A stretch of 64,000 nucleotides of DNA from contig JAVJWO010000040.1 in assembly GCA_040222015.1 (NCBI GenBank), positions 1-64,000 of the forward strand. The letters are read 5' to 3'. Shown here one piece after another: positions 53,770 through 63,212 of this stretch. The stretch comes from Coleofasciculus chthonoplastes F2-STO-03 (GTDB lineage: Bacteria > Cyanobacteriota > Cyanobacteriia > Cyanobacteriales > Coleofasciculaceae). The number at the start of each line of letters is the position of its first letter. The first letter of the stretch is position 1. Made by a program: the position numbers and the translations under genes. The notes beneath the pieces were generated by a model. That model was not told the origin of the DNA, did not search any database, and saw only the letters and a program-made list of their open reading frames with translations.

Positions 53770-53839
53770 GATGATGTTGATTTATGTCAAAGACAACTTA
53801 TTAGACAACTTGTAAAATTTCTGGAGTTGGCAGAGGCTT

Positions 53840-54274
53840 TCCTGTTTGCCTGTAGCCATTGGCTTTGGCAATAGTGGATGTATCCAAGATGTATCCAATA
53901 GGAATCTTACTTTTGGTCGGGATCTGGAAAACCTCTCTCCAAACCTCTCTCCTGCAAGGAGAGAGGCTTTGAATTCTCCCCCTTCCGTGGAACAAAAGCG
54001 AAGCATCCTCTGTCCTCCCCCCGTGCAAAAAAAGCGAAGCATCCTCTGTCCTCCCCCCTCTTGTAGGGGGGAATGAGGGGGGTTGGGGGGAATGAGGGGG
54101 GTTGGGGGGAATGAGGGGGGTTGGGAAGGGGGCTGGGGGGAAAGGGTTTGATATCGATTTTTCTAGATGGCGTGAAAAGTCAGAATAGGAATGGCTACCT
54201 TTACCACGTTTTGGTAAGAGTGTAAACCCAGCTTGTTGAAACATTTGCTTTAGCTCCCTGATTGTCTTAGGCAT
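53840..54274 (-). pseudogene. hicA: hicA-family toxin gene interrupted by a MITE
   Basis: MPKTIRELKQMFQQAGF...GKGSHSY | insertion | SYWIH..PLLPKP; an extra 11-bp duplication (ttggatacatc) frameshifts the 3' part. Confidence 0.8.
53906..54183. mobile_element. 278-bp MITE with perfect 9-bp TSD
   Basis: Ends cttactttt / aaaagtcag; aataggaat at 53897-53905 and 54184-54192. Confidence 0.88.
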
Positions 54275-54289
54275 TTCACAAACTAGCTC

Positions 54290-56620
54290 TTAAAATGGCA
54301 TCGGTGTCGGGTTCATCTGCGCCTCAGTGAGCGGTTCATCCCGCCACCCCAGCTTCACTGGCACATCATAGAGCCGCCCTGCCCCAAACCGTGACCAAAA
54401 ATGGCGCATCTCTGGCACAATCACCTTAACCACATTTAAACCAATGTCTGGTCGGGTTTGATCCAGCACCAAGGTTTCTAGCCCCGCTTGCTGGGCAATC
54501 TCCACACAGGCGAGTACCTCGGCGTAAATATCATCTCCCCAAAGCTTGGGGTAATCCTGGGCAGTCTTCAGGGGTTGCTTGGCATCAGGAACCAGATAGG
54601 GATGATCCGCCAACTTCGCATTCAGTAACCAATCCGCTGCATCGCTTTTCAGGTTCTCATCTGGCACCTTGTCCAGTTCCAAACCCAGTTGATTCACCTC
54701 TGTCAGGGCGCGAAGGATGGCAATCGTGGGGTCAAGGTGCGCTCCAAAGCCGAGAATCAGCCGTTCCGAGGTTCCAGTCTGCCGATTCGACACGCCGACA
54801 AACGCGGGAATGCCTAAATCTGCCGTCAAATCCAGCACCCACAACTCTCGGTCATGGTCCCGGTAGTACCGCTGCAACGCCTGGAAATACGGCTCATCAA
54901 AGCTGCTCAAATCCACCGCTGGACGGCTCAGGCGGTTGTACCACCACAGCGCCACACTGTCGCGCTCCACCAGTTCCAGAAACCCTTGCAGGATTGCCTC
55001 TTCCAAGGTGTTCCCCGCCGCATTACCGTTGGAGTCACCTCGGCAGAAGCGGTGTGCTGGGGGCAAGGGGTAATGGTAGTAGCACATTGCCGTGGGTAAA
55101 TACTTATGCGTCTGCTGCGTGAGGGACCACATTGGCGTCCAATCAATCGCCTGACTCGGAGCAAACCGTTGAGGAATCCAATCATGAGCCACCGTTGCCT
55201 GCTCATTCAGGGTGTCCCGATTGGCATATTGCGCTTCACTAAAGCACAAACACCGCTGCGGATGAATCGCCAAGTCTTCCAGTTCCGCCAAGGTAGCCCG
55301 TCTCCGGGGTTCATCCCCCTGAAAGATACCGGAATAGCGCTCCACCGCCTCACACAACCCACTCGCCCGGGATTGGCTATCGGTTTTGCCTTTACCGGAA
55401 CTCTTGTGTTTCAAGGTATTCCGTAGCCCCCGCAGGGAGGTGGAACTACCAAAACTATGCCCCGCTTTGTAGGTATGCACCAAGGGATTCGCGGGGTCAG
55501 AAATCCGCACCAGTTCCGTTACCACCCCCGTCACTGGACTAATGAGATGCTGATATTTCTGCACCGTCTGTTCTGGGGTAGTAGCACGATGACCGCCATC
55601 CTGGGTGAACTGCTTGGGACGCGACTCCAGGTTCAGCCGCTCAAACCCCCGCCGTTGCAAGAGTTGCGGGTTACCACAGGTGGGACATTGAGGACGCCGG
55701 ATCAGGGCATGGGTTTTCAAATCCGGGAGCATCTGGTTGAACGTGATAATCTTGCCCTCTAGGGTGGGGAAAAACACTGTTCCCGATGTCGTGGTATTGA
55801 TATAGTGCTTAACCACCCACTTAGCAATCTCCGTCGCCGCCAACTGTAACCCGGTTTGCTGAGTTGAGGGCAGCGTCGCCCGTGCTGTGGGAAAGCAACC
55901 CAGCATCCCCTGCCCATTCTCACCATTGCGCTGCTGCTGTTCCTGTTTTTGCCGCAACACCGACGACTCCACTTCCCGGTTCCCCCGGAGGGGATGGGCA
56001 AGACAGTGCCAACACCCCGTCTTCCCCGGCACAAATACCGGACCCAGCCACAGCACACTACCCACCGGCTTCACCAGTAACCAAGGTTGCTGACGCTCTA
56101 AAGCTTGCTGGTTAATCGTCGCCAGTTCCGGTTGCAAATAGTCATCGGTTAAGACAACATTCAGCGCCGTTGGCGAATCCGCGTCGGGAGGTGCCACGGA
56201 AATGCCCACGTCCCCCAGAGCAGCTTTCAGGGCTGCCACCGTCACCTCACTAATCCCCTGACCCACCGTTGTCAGCGTCACCGACTGCTGTAGCCCCTGG
56301 GCTGCCACGGGGGGGGCAATCCCTAACTCACTCCAGAATGCCGCCACGTCTGAAGATAGCTCTGGCGCCGCTTCGGTGAGATACCCCTTCTCTGCCAAGC
56401 GATTTAGCACATAGTCGATGTAGTCTGGGGGGACTTCCCCATCCAGCTTTTCGACAATCTGCTCTAGGGTGTATTGCCCATTTAACAGGGGCAGAATCTG
56501 GCAGTAGAGTTGTCCGGTGAGGGCGTGGTTGCCCTGTTCACCCAGGAGATACACCTGCTTCGGCTCGATGATCTCCACATGGAAGTGGGGCTTAATTTGG
56601 GGCAGTGTCGTGGATTCCAT
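54290..56620 (-). CDS. patD: Cyanobactin YcaO heterocyclase (PatD/TruD/LynD family)
   Basis: RRE/E1-like N-terminus, SGKGKT, EAVERYS, SNGNAAG, ELVERD and C-terminal PTPMPF. Confidence 0.97.
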   Translation of the reverse strand: MESTTLPQIKPHFHVEIIEPKQVYLLGEQGNHALTGQLYCQILPLLNGQYTLEQIVEKLDGEVPPDYIDYVLNRLAEKGYLTEAAPELSSDVAAFWSELGIAPPVAAQGLQQSVTLTTVGQGISEVTVAALKAALGDVGISVAPPDADSPTALNVVLTDDYLQPELATINQQALERQQPWLLVKPVGSVLWLGPVFVPGKTGCWHCLAHPLRGNREVESSVLRQKQEQQQRNGENGQGMLGCFPTARATLPSTQQTGLQLAATEIAKWVVKHYINTTTSGTVFFPTLEGKIITFNQMLPDLKTHALIRRPQCPTCGNPQLLQRRGFERLNLESRPKQFTQDGGHRATTPEQTVQKYQHLISPVTGVVTELVRISDPANPLVHTYKAGHSFGSSTSLRGLRNTLKHKSSGKGKTDSQSRASGLCEAVERYSGIFQGDEPRRRATLAELEDLAIHPQRCLCFSEAQYANRDTLNEQATVAHDWIPQRFAPSQAIDWTPMWSLTQQTHKYLPTAMCYYHYPLPPAHRFCRGDSNGNAAGNTLEEAILQGFLELVERDSVALWWYNRLSRPAVDLSSFDEPYFQALQRYYRDHDRELWVLDLTADLGIPAFVGVSNRQTGTSERLILGFGAHLDPTIAILRALTEVNQLGLELDKVPDENLKSDAADWLLNAKLADHPYLVPDAKQPLKTAQDYPKLWGDDIYAEVLACVEIAQQAGLETLVLDQTRPDIGLNVVKVIVPEMRHFWSRFGAGRLYDVPVKLGWRDEPLTEAQMNPTPMPF

Positions 56621-56685
56621 AGCGCGAACAGTCGGTGATTAAGTGTGAGTGCAAGAAGGCAGAAGGCAGAAGGCAGAAGGTGGGG

Positions 56686-56927
56686 CGGACTTTTCACAGT
56701 ATGTAGCCCAATGTGAGTGTGAATTGTGTAGGGGCGGGTTTCACCACTCTCTTTTCGGTTGCAACTAGATGTAACTAAACCCGCCCCGACTCAGGTTTTG
56801 AGTCTCTATCTGTAGGGTGTGTTAGCGTAACGCACCATTGCCACTAAACCCGCCCCGACGCGCCATGGCGCGTCTCTACAGATGCCGCGTCTCTACAATA
56901 GTTTTTAGGCGTCCCGTGAAAAGTCAA
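56686..56927. mobile_element. MITE (gacttttcac...gtgaaaagtc TIRs) with stacked REP-like cargo
   Basis: TIRs plus internal similarity to 32085-32241. Confidence 0.7.
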
Positions 56928-56932
56928 GACGA

Positions 56933-57808
56933 TTAAGCCCAGATACGCCCCCGACGGAAAGACTTGGATTTGCTCCCAGATTTTTTTGCCTCCTCCCGGG
57001 CGTAGTCCCACCAATAGGAGTAGTCTTGTAGCCCAGTCATCGACGTCGGCACGTAGGACTTTGGGGGTTCAGGCGTAGGCGTCTCGTTAGCTGGAGGGGC
57101 GTCTGACGCCTTATCTTCAGAGTTTTGGCTGCTCGATTTCTTGCTCATGTTAATCTCCTTATAATAAATAGGGGTCTGGCTACCACAAATAATTTGCTCA
57201 AGAACTGCCGCAAAATTTGTTGGCGCATCCACAGCGGCGAAAAACTGTCCCTGGGTTTCAGCCGCAACTCTGGCATATTCTGGCTGAATAGTGTCACGGT
57301 GCTTGCTTTTGGACATACCCAAATAGGTATGAACTCGAACGTGAGAAGCTTGGGCGCTTTGAATTGCTAAATTCGCCGCCTCAATATCCGCTGCCTCAGT
57401 TTTGCCACCACCGCCTTCCAGGGCTTCATCACCCAGATAAAATAGGGAACGATAAGCTTGCTCTCGCCAATCGAAATGGTTTGAGACATCTTCAATAGCA
57501 CGAGCAGCATCTTCTTGAGCACCCGCTGAGGGAAGTTCACCTCGCTTGCGCCCCCGCAGTTTAGCCTCAGCCACTCCACAGTCTTTTGTGAGGTAAGTTC
57601 GCAGCGTGCGCTTAAATGCCGTCCCGCGCCATCGCCCCTCAATCCCCAGCCAAACCACCCGCAAATCCGCCGGACAGTTCGCCTCGGCTGCGGTAATCGC
57701 GGCTGCCACCGCATCACTGACGGCATTGGCAACATCTTTCATCGAAGGACTTGTATCCATCAGGATCACCAAATCAACGAGTGGTATTGTGCTAGCAGAA
57801 TTACTCAT
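56933..57808 (-). CDS. patC: vWA-domain protein fused in frame to PatC-family peptide
   Basis: MIDAS DTSPS and LGDE motifs in the N-part; C-terminal TGLQDYSYWW...FRRGRIWA. The PatC part (56933-57148) has its own AAGGAG RBS. Confidence 0.85.
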   Translation of the reverse strand: MSNSASTIPLVDLVILMDTSPSMKDVANAVSDAVAAAITAAEANCPADLRVVWLGIEGRWRGTAFKRTLRTYLTKDCGVAEAKLRGRKRGELPSAGAQEDAARAIEDVSNHFDWREQAYRSLFYLGDEALEGGGGKTEAADIEAANLAIQSAQASHVRVHTYLGMSKSKHRDTIQPEYARVAAETQGQFFAAVDAPTNFAAVLEQIICGSQTPIYYKEINMSKKSSSQNSEDKASDAPPANETPTPEPPKSYVPTSMTGLQDYSYWWDYAREEAKKSGSKSKSFRRGRIWA

Positions 57809-57851
57809 AGGGATACTGACGTCACCTTTACTTCTCAAACCATTGACCGAA

Positions 57852-58088
57852 TTAAAAGAAGCTTCCCATGCCGCCAAAGCCACCCCAACCCTGGCTAGCA
57901 CTTGAGTGCATCACTTGGTTAAAACTGCGGTTGGCATAGGCGGACGGATCGTTATAGTTAGCGCCATGGAGCAAATCCATGCGAATATGCACCAAATCTT
58001 CGAGCCGACCATTTTCCACATCCACGCATAGTGCTGGCTGGACGAAATGGGGTCGTTTGACCGGGGGAGACAATACAGGTAGTCGCAT
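57852..58088 (-). CDS. patB: Cyanobactin PatB-family protein
   Basis: MRLP.LSPPVKRPHF...LLHGANYNDP. Confidence 0.92.
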   Translation of the reverse strand: MRLPVLSPPVKRPHFVQPALCVDVENGRLEDLVHIRMDLLHGANYNDPSAYANRSFNQVMHSSASQGWGGFGGMGSFF

Positions 58089-58214
58089 TGTTGAAAATCC
58101 TCCACAATTAACGTATAGAGTGAACAGGGGTGTCGGGTTAGGTGTTCATTGTCGGGACACAGCACTACCGTGCCTGTACAACTATCCCAACCCTGACCCC
58201 AATTTGGCTGTCCC

Positions 58215-60212
58215 TTAGTAAGGGGAAGACCAGGAACGGACTTCGCCCAAGGTAACCGGAACCAGGTCACTCACATCAATCGTAAATCGGAAAATCTTCT
58301 TGGCACGACGATTATTTTCCGGGTCGAAGAATTTCAGCTTCACATCCCAACAGTCGCTATCCATACGACAGAAGGGACTTTTCTCCACGGTGATGCTATC
58401 GAGTTCCATCCCCACCGCAACCGCTTGGCTGAAGGTTTGCGCCGCTTGGAAGGCGTTGGTAACCGCGAAGTTAAGGGCGCGGTCTTGAGACGTAGTACCC
58501 AAGTTGCGGAGGTCGTAGTAGATGCGGTTGAGGAATCCATCCAACGTCTGACGGATACGACCTTCATCCGCTGTTGTTTCCTCAGTTTGTACGGCTTCCA
58601 TCGCCGCACTCACCAAGTTGTTCACCTTCCAGCCGTAGATGCCCCGGGTTCCCAGGGGTTCAATCACGGGGATAACTTGACCGGAGAAGAGCTTAACCGT
58701 GCGCTTGGTTAAAATACCCGGAATACTGACGCGCTCCACGTATTCAGCATCATTTTCGGCTTGGATTTGACCCGCCAAAAGTTCCTGCAGGGCGCGGTAG
58801 GCATCGACGGCAAAGGGACCCGTGGGCGCGATCGCATAAACTGGAGTCAGTTCAACATTGAGCGTCCAAATCAGCGATCGCGATTCCGACATATTATCTC
58901 CCAGATAGTCCACCATCTGGCGGGCATCATAGGGGTTTGCCGGCACCATCGTCCCCTGAAAGTCAAAGGGCGGCATCAGTTGCTTAAACGAGTCCCGACG
59001 GGCTTCTGAGCCGAAATCATAACCCAGAGTTCCCAAAACATAGACAATTTCACCGAGAGAGGGGATCTCGCTGGGGGCTTCGCTGGCGGTAACGGAATGA
59101 GCAGTAAGATTGGGCATAGTGGGCATAGCAGGGGGTTGGGGTACAGAATTCATCAGGTTTTGCAGGTTGGGACTGTTCGTGGGCATTGCCCCTGGGGGTG
59201 AAGACGGGGCGGACTCAGCGCTTGGCGCTTCTGTCCCACTGGTCAACCCCCCCACACACCCGCAACCTGCGCCTTCCACGCCTGCTTCATCAACGGTGGC
59301 TGCATCAACGGCTGATGCAAGTTCCTCTGACATAGTTCCTCCTGTTAGTAACGTTACAGCTCCAGATATGTTGAGTTTGCCCGCCAGACACCGCTGGGCA
59401 TCAGCGGGCAGGTCAAAGTCACAGGGCAATGCACTCTGCAACAACACTTGACGCACTCTTTGGGGGTCAGGGATTTCCCCCCGTTCCCGTTGCAGACTCA
59501 GCAGCAGCGCCGCCACCCCCGACACAATCGGCGTGGCAAAGCTCGTACCACTCAGCGTCTGAGTTCCCCCACCGGGTTTTGCCCCCAAGACATCCTTGCC
59601 GAGGGCAAGAATGCCTTGAGTCTTATAGGTGTCACCCCAGTTACTAAAGTCCAAGGGCTTGCCGTTGGCATCCATGGCGCCAACAGCCAGGGCAGCGGGC
59701 AGGGCAGCCGGGACATGGAGACATTCGCAGCCATTGTTACCCGCCGCCGCAATCAGCAAAACATTCTGCTGCTCACATAAGCGCACCGCATTCTCCAGCC
59801 AGCCGTCGGCTTCCCCAAAATCCGTGAGTTGACCGCCACTGATGTTGATAACGTGCGCTCCGGCGTTCACTGCCCGCTCAATGCCCCGCGCCAAGTCTAA
59901 CTGGGATACACGGCGGCGATTATCGGAAAAGATGGGAACAATCACCCCTTGGCATTGCGGTGCAATCCCCGTCACCGGACTCCCCGGTTGACCCAAAATA
60001 ATGCTGGAAACATGGGTGCCGTGAACCGACATATTACCATCCGGACGAGCCTCCTCATTCACCAGAGACGGCAAGCGCGTCAGGGTTTTGCCGACAAAGC
60101 AAGGATGGGTTTGGTCAACCGGTCCATCCAACACGGCAATGCAAATATCCTTGTCACCCTGGGTCATCGCCATCAACTCCGGCAATGCAGGTATCGCCAA
60201 AACAGCAGACAT
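58215..60212 (-). CDS. patA: Cyanobactin PatA-family N-terminal protease
   Basis: VLDGP, HGTHV and SGTSFA triad; C-terminal DUF (GYDFGSEARRD, SPFCR.DSDCWD). Confidence 0.96.
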   Translation of the reverse strand: MSAVLAIPALPELMAMTQGDKDICIAVLDGPVDQTHPCFVGKTLTRLPSLVNEEARPDGNMSVHGTHVSSIILGQPGSPVTGIAPQCQGVIVPIFSDNRRRVSQLDLARGIERAVNAGAHVINISGGQLTDFGEADGWLENAVRLCEQQNVLLIAAAGNNGCECLHVPAALPAALAVGAMDANGKPLDFSNWGDTYKTQGILALGKDVLGAKPGGGTQTLSGTSFATPIVSGVAALLLSLQRERGEIPDPQRVRQVLLQSALPCDFDLPADAQRCLAGKLNISGAVTLLTGGTMSEELASAVDAATVDEAGVEGAGCGCVGGLTSGTEAPSAESAPSSPPGAMPTNSPNLQNLMNSVPQPPAMPTMPNLTAHSVTASEAPSEIPSLGEIVYVLGTLGYDFGSEARRDSFKQLMPPFDFQGTMVPANPYDARQMVDYLGDNMSESRSLIWTLNVELTPVYAIAPTGPFAVDAYRALQELLAGQIQAENDAEYVERVSIPGILTKRTVKLFSGQVIPVIEPLGTRGIYGWKVNNLVSAAMEAVQTEETTADEGRIRQTLDGFLNRIYYDLRNLGTTSQDRALNFAVTNAFQAAQTFSQAVAVGMELDSITVEKSPFCRMDSDCWDVKLKFFDPENNRRAKKIFRFTIDVSDLVPVTLGEVRSWSSPY

Positions 60213-60692
60213 AAATTAGTTCGTCCTGTCGCCCTAAAAATAGCTAAACTACTCGAATTAATTGGATATAAAGTGACCCTGCTATGGGTATTACAAGATA
60301 TACCTATAGCTCCGGTTTTGACCGATTAATACCAATATAGATATGGGTATTACTGTCTGATCGAAAATTCATTTTCAAATCTCTTTTTGTTTATAGCATA
60401 CTGATTTTTTTTTTTACAAGTGATTTTGTATTTTTTTAAAAGTCTATTTGATTTGTACCAATAATTTAGACAAAGCCATAGTAATAAGTGTGGGATGCAC
60501 AAATTGCCAGGTTTAATGCCTGTTTTATTGTTTATTCTTTTGAGCTAGAAACACTGTTTAGGGGTTTGGTGACCAAGCCCCTACGGTGGCTTGCTCGCCT
60601 CTTGAACGATGGGTTCAGATCGCGTTGGCGAAGCCTGTTCCTTCAGAACGTATGGCACTCAAACCCAAAAAAGACCAACTTGCCAGGTAAGA

Positions 60693-60801
60693 TATAGCAA
60701 TCGCCATAGCGGTTAGGACGCATCATTTAGTTGTTCCAGACGCGCCATGGCGCGTCTGGAACAACAGTTCGTTTGTCCTAATCGATGTGTCTACTGCTAT
60801 A
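60693..60801. mobile_element. MITE-like element (tatagca...tgctata, inner ttaggac/gtcctaa) with palindromic cargo
   Basis: Nested inverted repeats seen directly. Confidence 0.6.
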
Positions 60802-60932
60802 CTTGTTCTCCTTGTTAGTGATATTCACGAATTGTTTCACAAGTCGGTTCACTTGACAAATACAACCGTCCATTTTTGTAATAAAACATTACAATCTCTG
60901 GAACAGACTGTTTCAATACTTCCCCTGAAAAG

Positions 60933-61450
60933 TCACGTGGAGGTGTCTGGTAATTGAGCCAAGCGTTCTTTGTAAATATTGATCGTCATCTGTTCATCAT
61001 CACGCTTAGCCAGCGAGCGGCTGATTTTACCTACAACTAGGGGTTTAGATACACCGGGTTCTGGGTGGATCACAGTGCGGGCGCGAATAGTCAGTTGGTT
61101 ATTTTCTCCACCCAAACGCCCATAAGAAAAGAAGTCGCTGGCGGCTTGGCGCAGACTGGCTTCCAGTTGAGATTCGTTGATCTTTGTGGGTAAAGCGATA
61201 ACAGCTTGGTTGCCTCCGTTGTCGTAGACTAAGGTAAAGTGGACTGCACCAGGAATTACTGTATGGCTAAATGGGACGATACTCAGGGCAAATAAGCCGC
61301 CCGTCAGCACCCCCATAAAGCCCGTAATTCCCACCAGCCGAAATCGGATGCCCCATTTAAAGATAAAACCTAAGAGGCTAAGAACTCCGCAAACTAGGGT
61401 GAGAATGCCTATCCATTGGGTATAGGAGAGAAAGTCGGTCGTTGTTGGCA
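60933..61450 (-). CDS. ycf51: Ycf51 (DUF2518) family membrane protein
   Basis: WGIRFRLVGITGF, VYDNGG and RARTVIHPEPGVS. Confidence 0.9.
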
Positions 61451-61760
61451 TAGAAGATAACGTGTGTTGACTCGATAAACGCCAATGGCTACATCGTTGC
61501 AATTTGGTAACTTTTTTATCCTATCAGCGTTGCTTCATCCATGAATACCTTCCCTCAGATCAAAGCGGAAGATTTAGCGATGTCGGCGAAAAGCCTCTCA
61601 GTAGATTGGTGGAAATAAACCGAACTATATTAAATTCTGTAAATGCTCCTTGTCCAACTTATCCTCTCCTGCATCACTTTATTTTTAGCTTATTTTTATC
61701 CACGAATTAAAACCCAAAGCCTTACTTGCGCTGTTCCCTGTTGCCCGTTCCCCGTTCTCT

Positions 61761-62267
61761 TTAATGACCCACTCTAATTTCCTGCCGAGCTTTCTGAGTC
61801 CAAGCCTCATTAACTAGCAAATTGCCAGTAGACATTTTAAAATCAAATGGATGAGGAGGTTCAGGGACATCCAGAACACCACCTTGCCGATGAAATTTAA
61901 TTAACCTAACGATCCAAGTACAAAAGTCTAAAATTTCCTCAGGTAATAGCGTTAGATCAAAGTACCAGCTTTGATTAATTCCCCGACAATCTCGTCCCCA
62001 CAGCCTCGATTGAATGATACCTGCTCCTTTATTAATAGACACACGCAAAATAAAGGGTCGTTCCGGGAGTAATTCATCAGGGGCTGTGTGAACATAAATA
62101 CACAAATAATTCATGCGTTGCCGATCATCGATCCAAGATGCCATTGGCAAATTACCCGTTGATGAATTGCGGGTTGTAATCTTCACTGGCACGTTCATCT
62201 TTGCGGCAAATCGATCGTAGAACTCTTGCCTTAGCTGAGAAACCGTGCGTATAGCTTCTGGAGTCAT
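61761..62267 (-). CDS. Hypothetical protein
   Basis: 168-aa ORF downstream of rpsU. Confidence 0.65.
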   Translation of the reverse strand: MTPEAIRTVSQLRQEFYDRFAAKMNVPVKITTRNSSTGNLPMASWIDDRQRMNYLCIYVHTAPDELLPERPFILRVSINKGAGIIQSRLWGRDCRGINQSWYFDLTLLPEEILDFCTWIVRLIKFHRQGGVLDVPEPPHPFDFKMSTGNLLVNEAWTQKARQEIRVGH

Positions 62268-62297
62268 GATTATTGCATAAGAGTGAACACGTGAATG

Positions 62298-62501
62298 TTA
62301 AAACCGTTTTTTGCGATAGCGAGAAAGCCGCCGCAGTTGCTTATGCCTAGCAATGGCTTTACGTTTACGTTTTTGAATCGGCGTTTCAAAGTGGCGATGT
62401 TTTTTCATATCAGGAAAAATTCCCGCCTTGGAGACAGCTTGTTTAAATCGGCGGAGGGCTGACTCGATCCCTTCATGTTCACCGACAGTCACCTGTGCCA
62501 T
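62298..62501 (-). CDS. rpsU: 30S ribosomal protein S21
   Basis: [11 protein letters not shown]...HFETP..KRKRK; AAGGAGG RBS. Confidence 0.96.
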   Translation of the reverse strand: MAQVTVGEHEGIESALRRFKQAVSKAGIFPDMKKHRHFETPIQKRKRKAIARHKQLRRLSRYRKKRF

Positions 62502-62724
62502 TTTATTTCCTCCTTAGCTTGAGTGAATTGCTCAATACCTGACAACATCTAGCAGAAATGCCTAAACTCCTACTCCAATCTTCAAGTTTGAATCTTATTC
62601 TTCCAAGCTGCCGCTTCAACTCTCGTAAGCGGCAGTCATTGACTATGAACGTAGAATTTAAAATATGAATGTAGAAGAGGAACGCAAGACAAAACCGATT
62701 GCTTCTATTGAGCCAAAGAAAATT

Positions 62725-63138
62725 GGAAAATCCCTACTGCCTTAGACTTGTTAACGACGGGAAGACATATTGTCTTCGCCTTTCATCGGTGCAGTTGCAG
62801 ACTCGTGCTTTTAGCCTGTACGCTTATGGGTCGGCTTGCGCCTAAACTTAAACTCGAATTATTCCGGTGAAAGTGAGCCTTGAAGTTGTTATCGAGCGCT
62901 ACTTTCCCAATATCATGCTTCTTAACCCGCTCTTTACCTGTTTAGTTTAACTGTTCAGTTTCCGCCGATTGGAACTACCTCTTAACTGGTCAATTCCAGC
63001 GCATTCCCAGGTACGTACAGACGCGCCGTGGCGCGTCTCTACTTCTCGATAAAGGCTGCTAAGCAAAACCTAGCCGGGTCAACACAGACTTTTCTAAGCC
63101 CTCGCTACAACCCTTAGACTTAGCGACGGGTTGTTGAC
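62725..63138 (-). mobile_element. Non-autonomous IS200/IS605 IscB-type element containing a degenerate HEARO/omegaRNA scaffold
   Basis: Minus strand begins GTCAACAACCC...GGGCTT...GTTGACC, then ACCTGGGAATGC...CCAGT and GATAACA..TCAAGGCTCACTTT; distal hairpin end TTCCCGTCG; no iscB ORF. Confidence 0.65.
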
Positions 63139-63212
63139 TCGATAGTCCAGCATCTAGGAGACATTGAGAAACACCACCATGAATTAGCTGATTGCACCCA
63201 CATTATTCTGGT

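Noticed and set aside
53782..54274. 157-aa and 86-aa ORFs as intact genes
   Set aside because: They are read-through of MITE sequence joined to the two hicA halves.
57809..57901. Longer 322-aa start for vWA-PatC
   Set aside because: It overlaps patB; ATG 57808 is more plausible.
60288..60303. NtcA box upstream of patA
   Set aside because: Spacing is GTA-N10-TAC, not GTA-N8-TAC.
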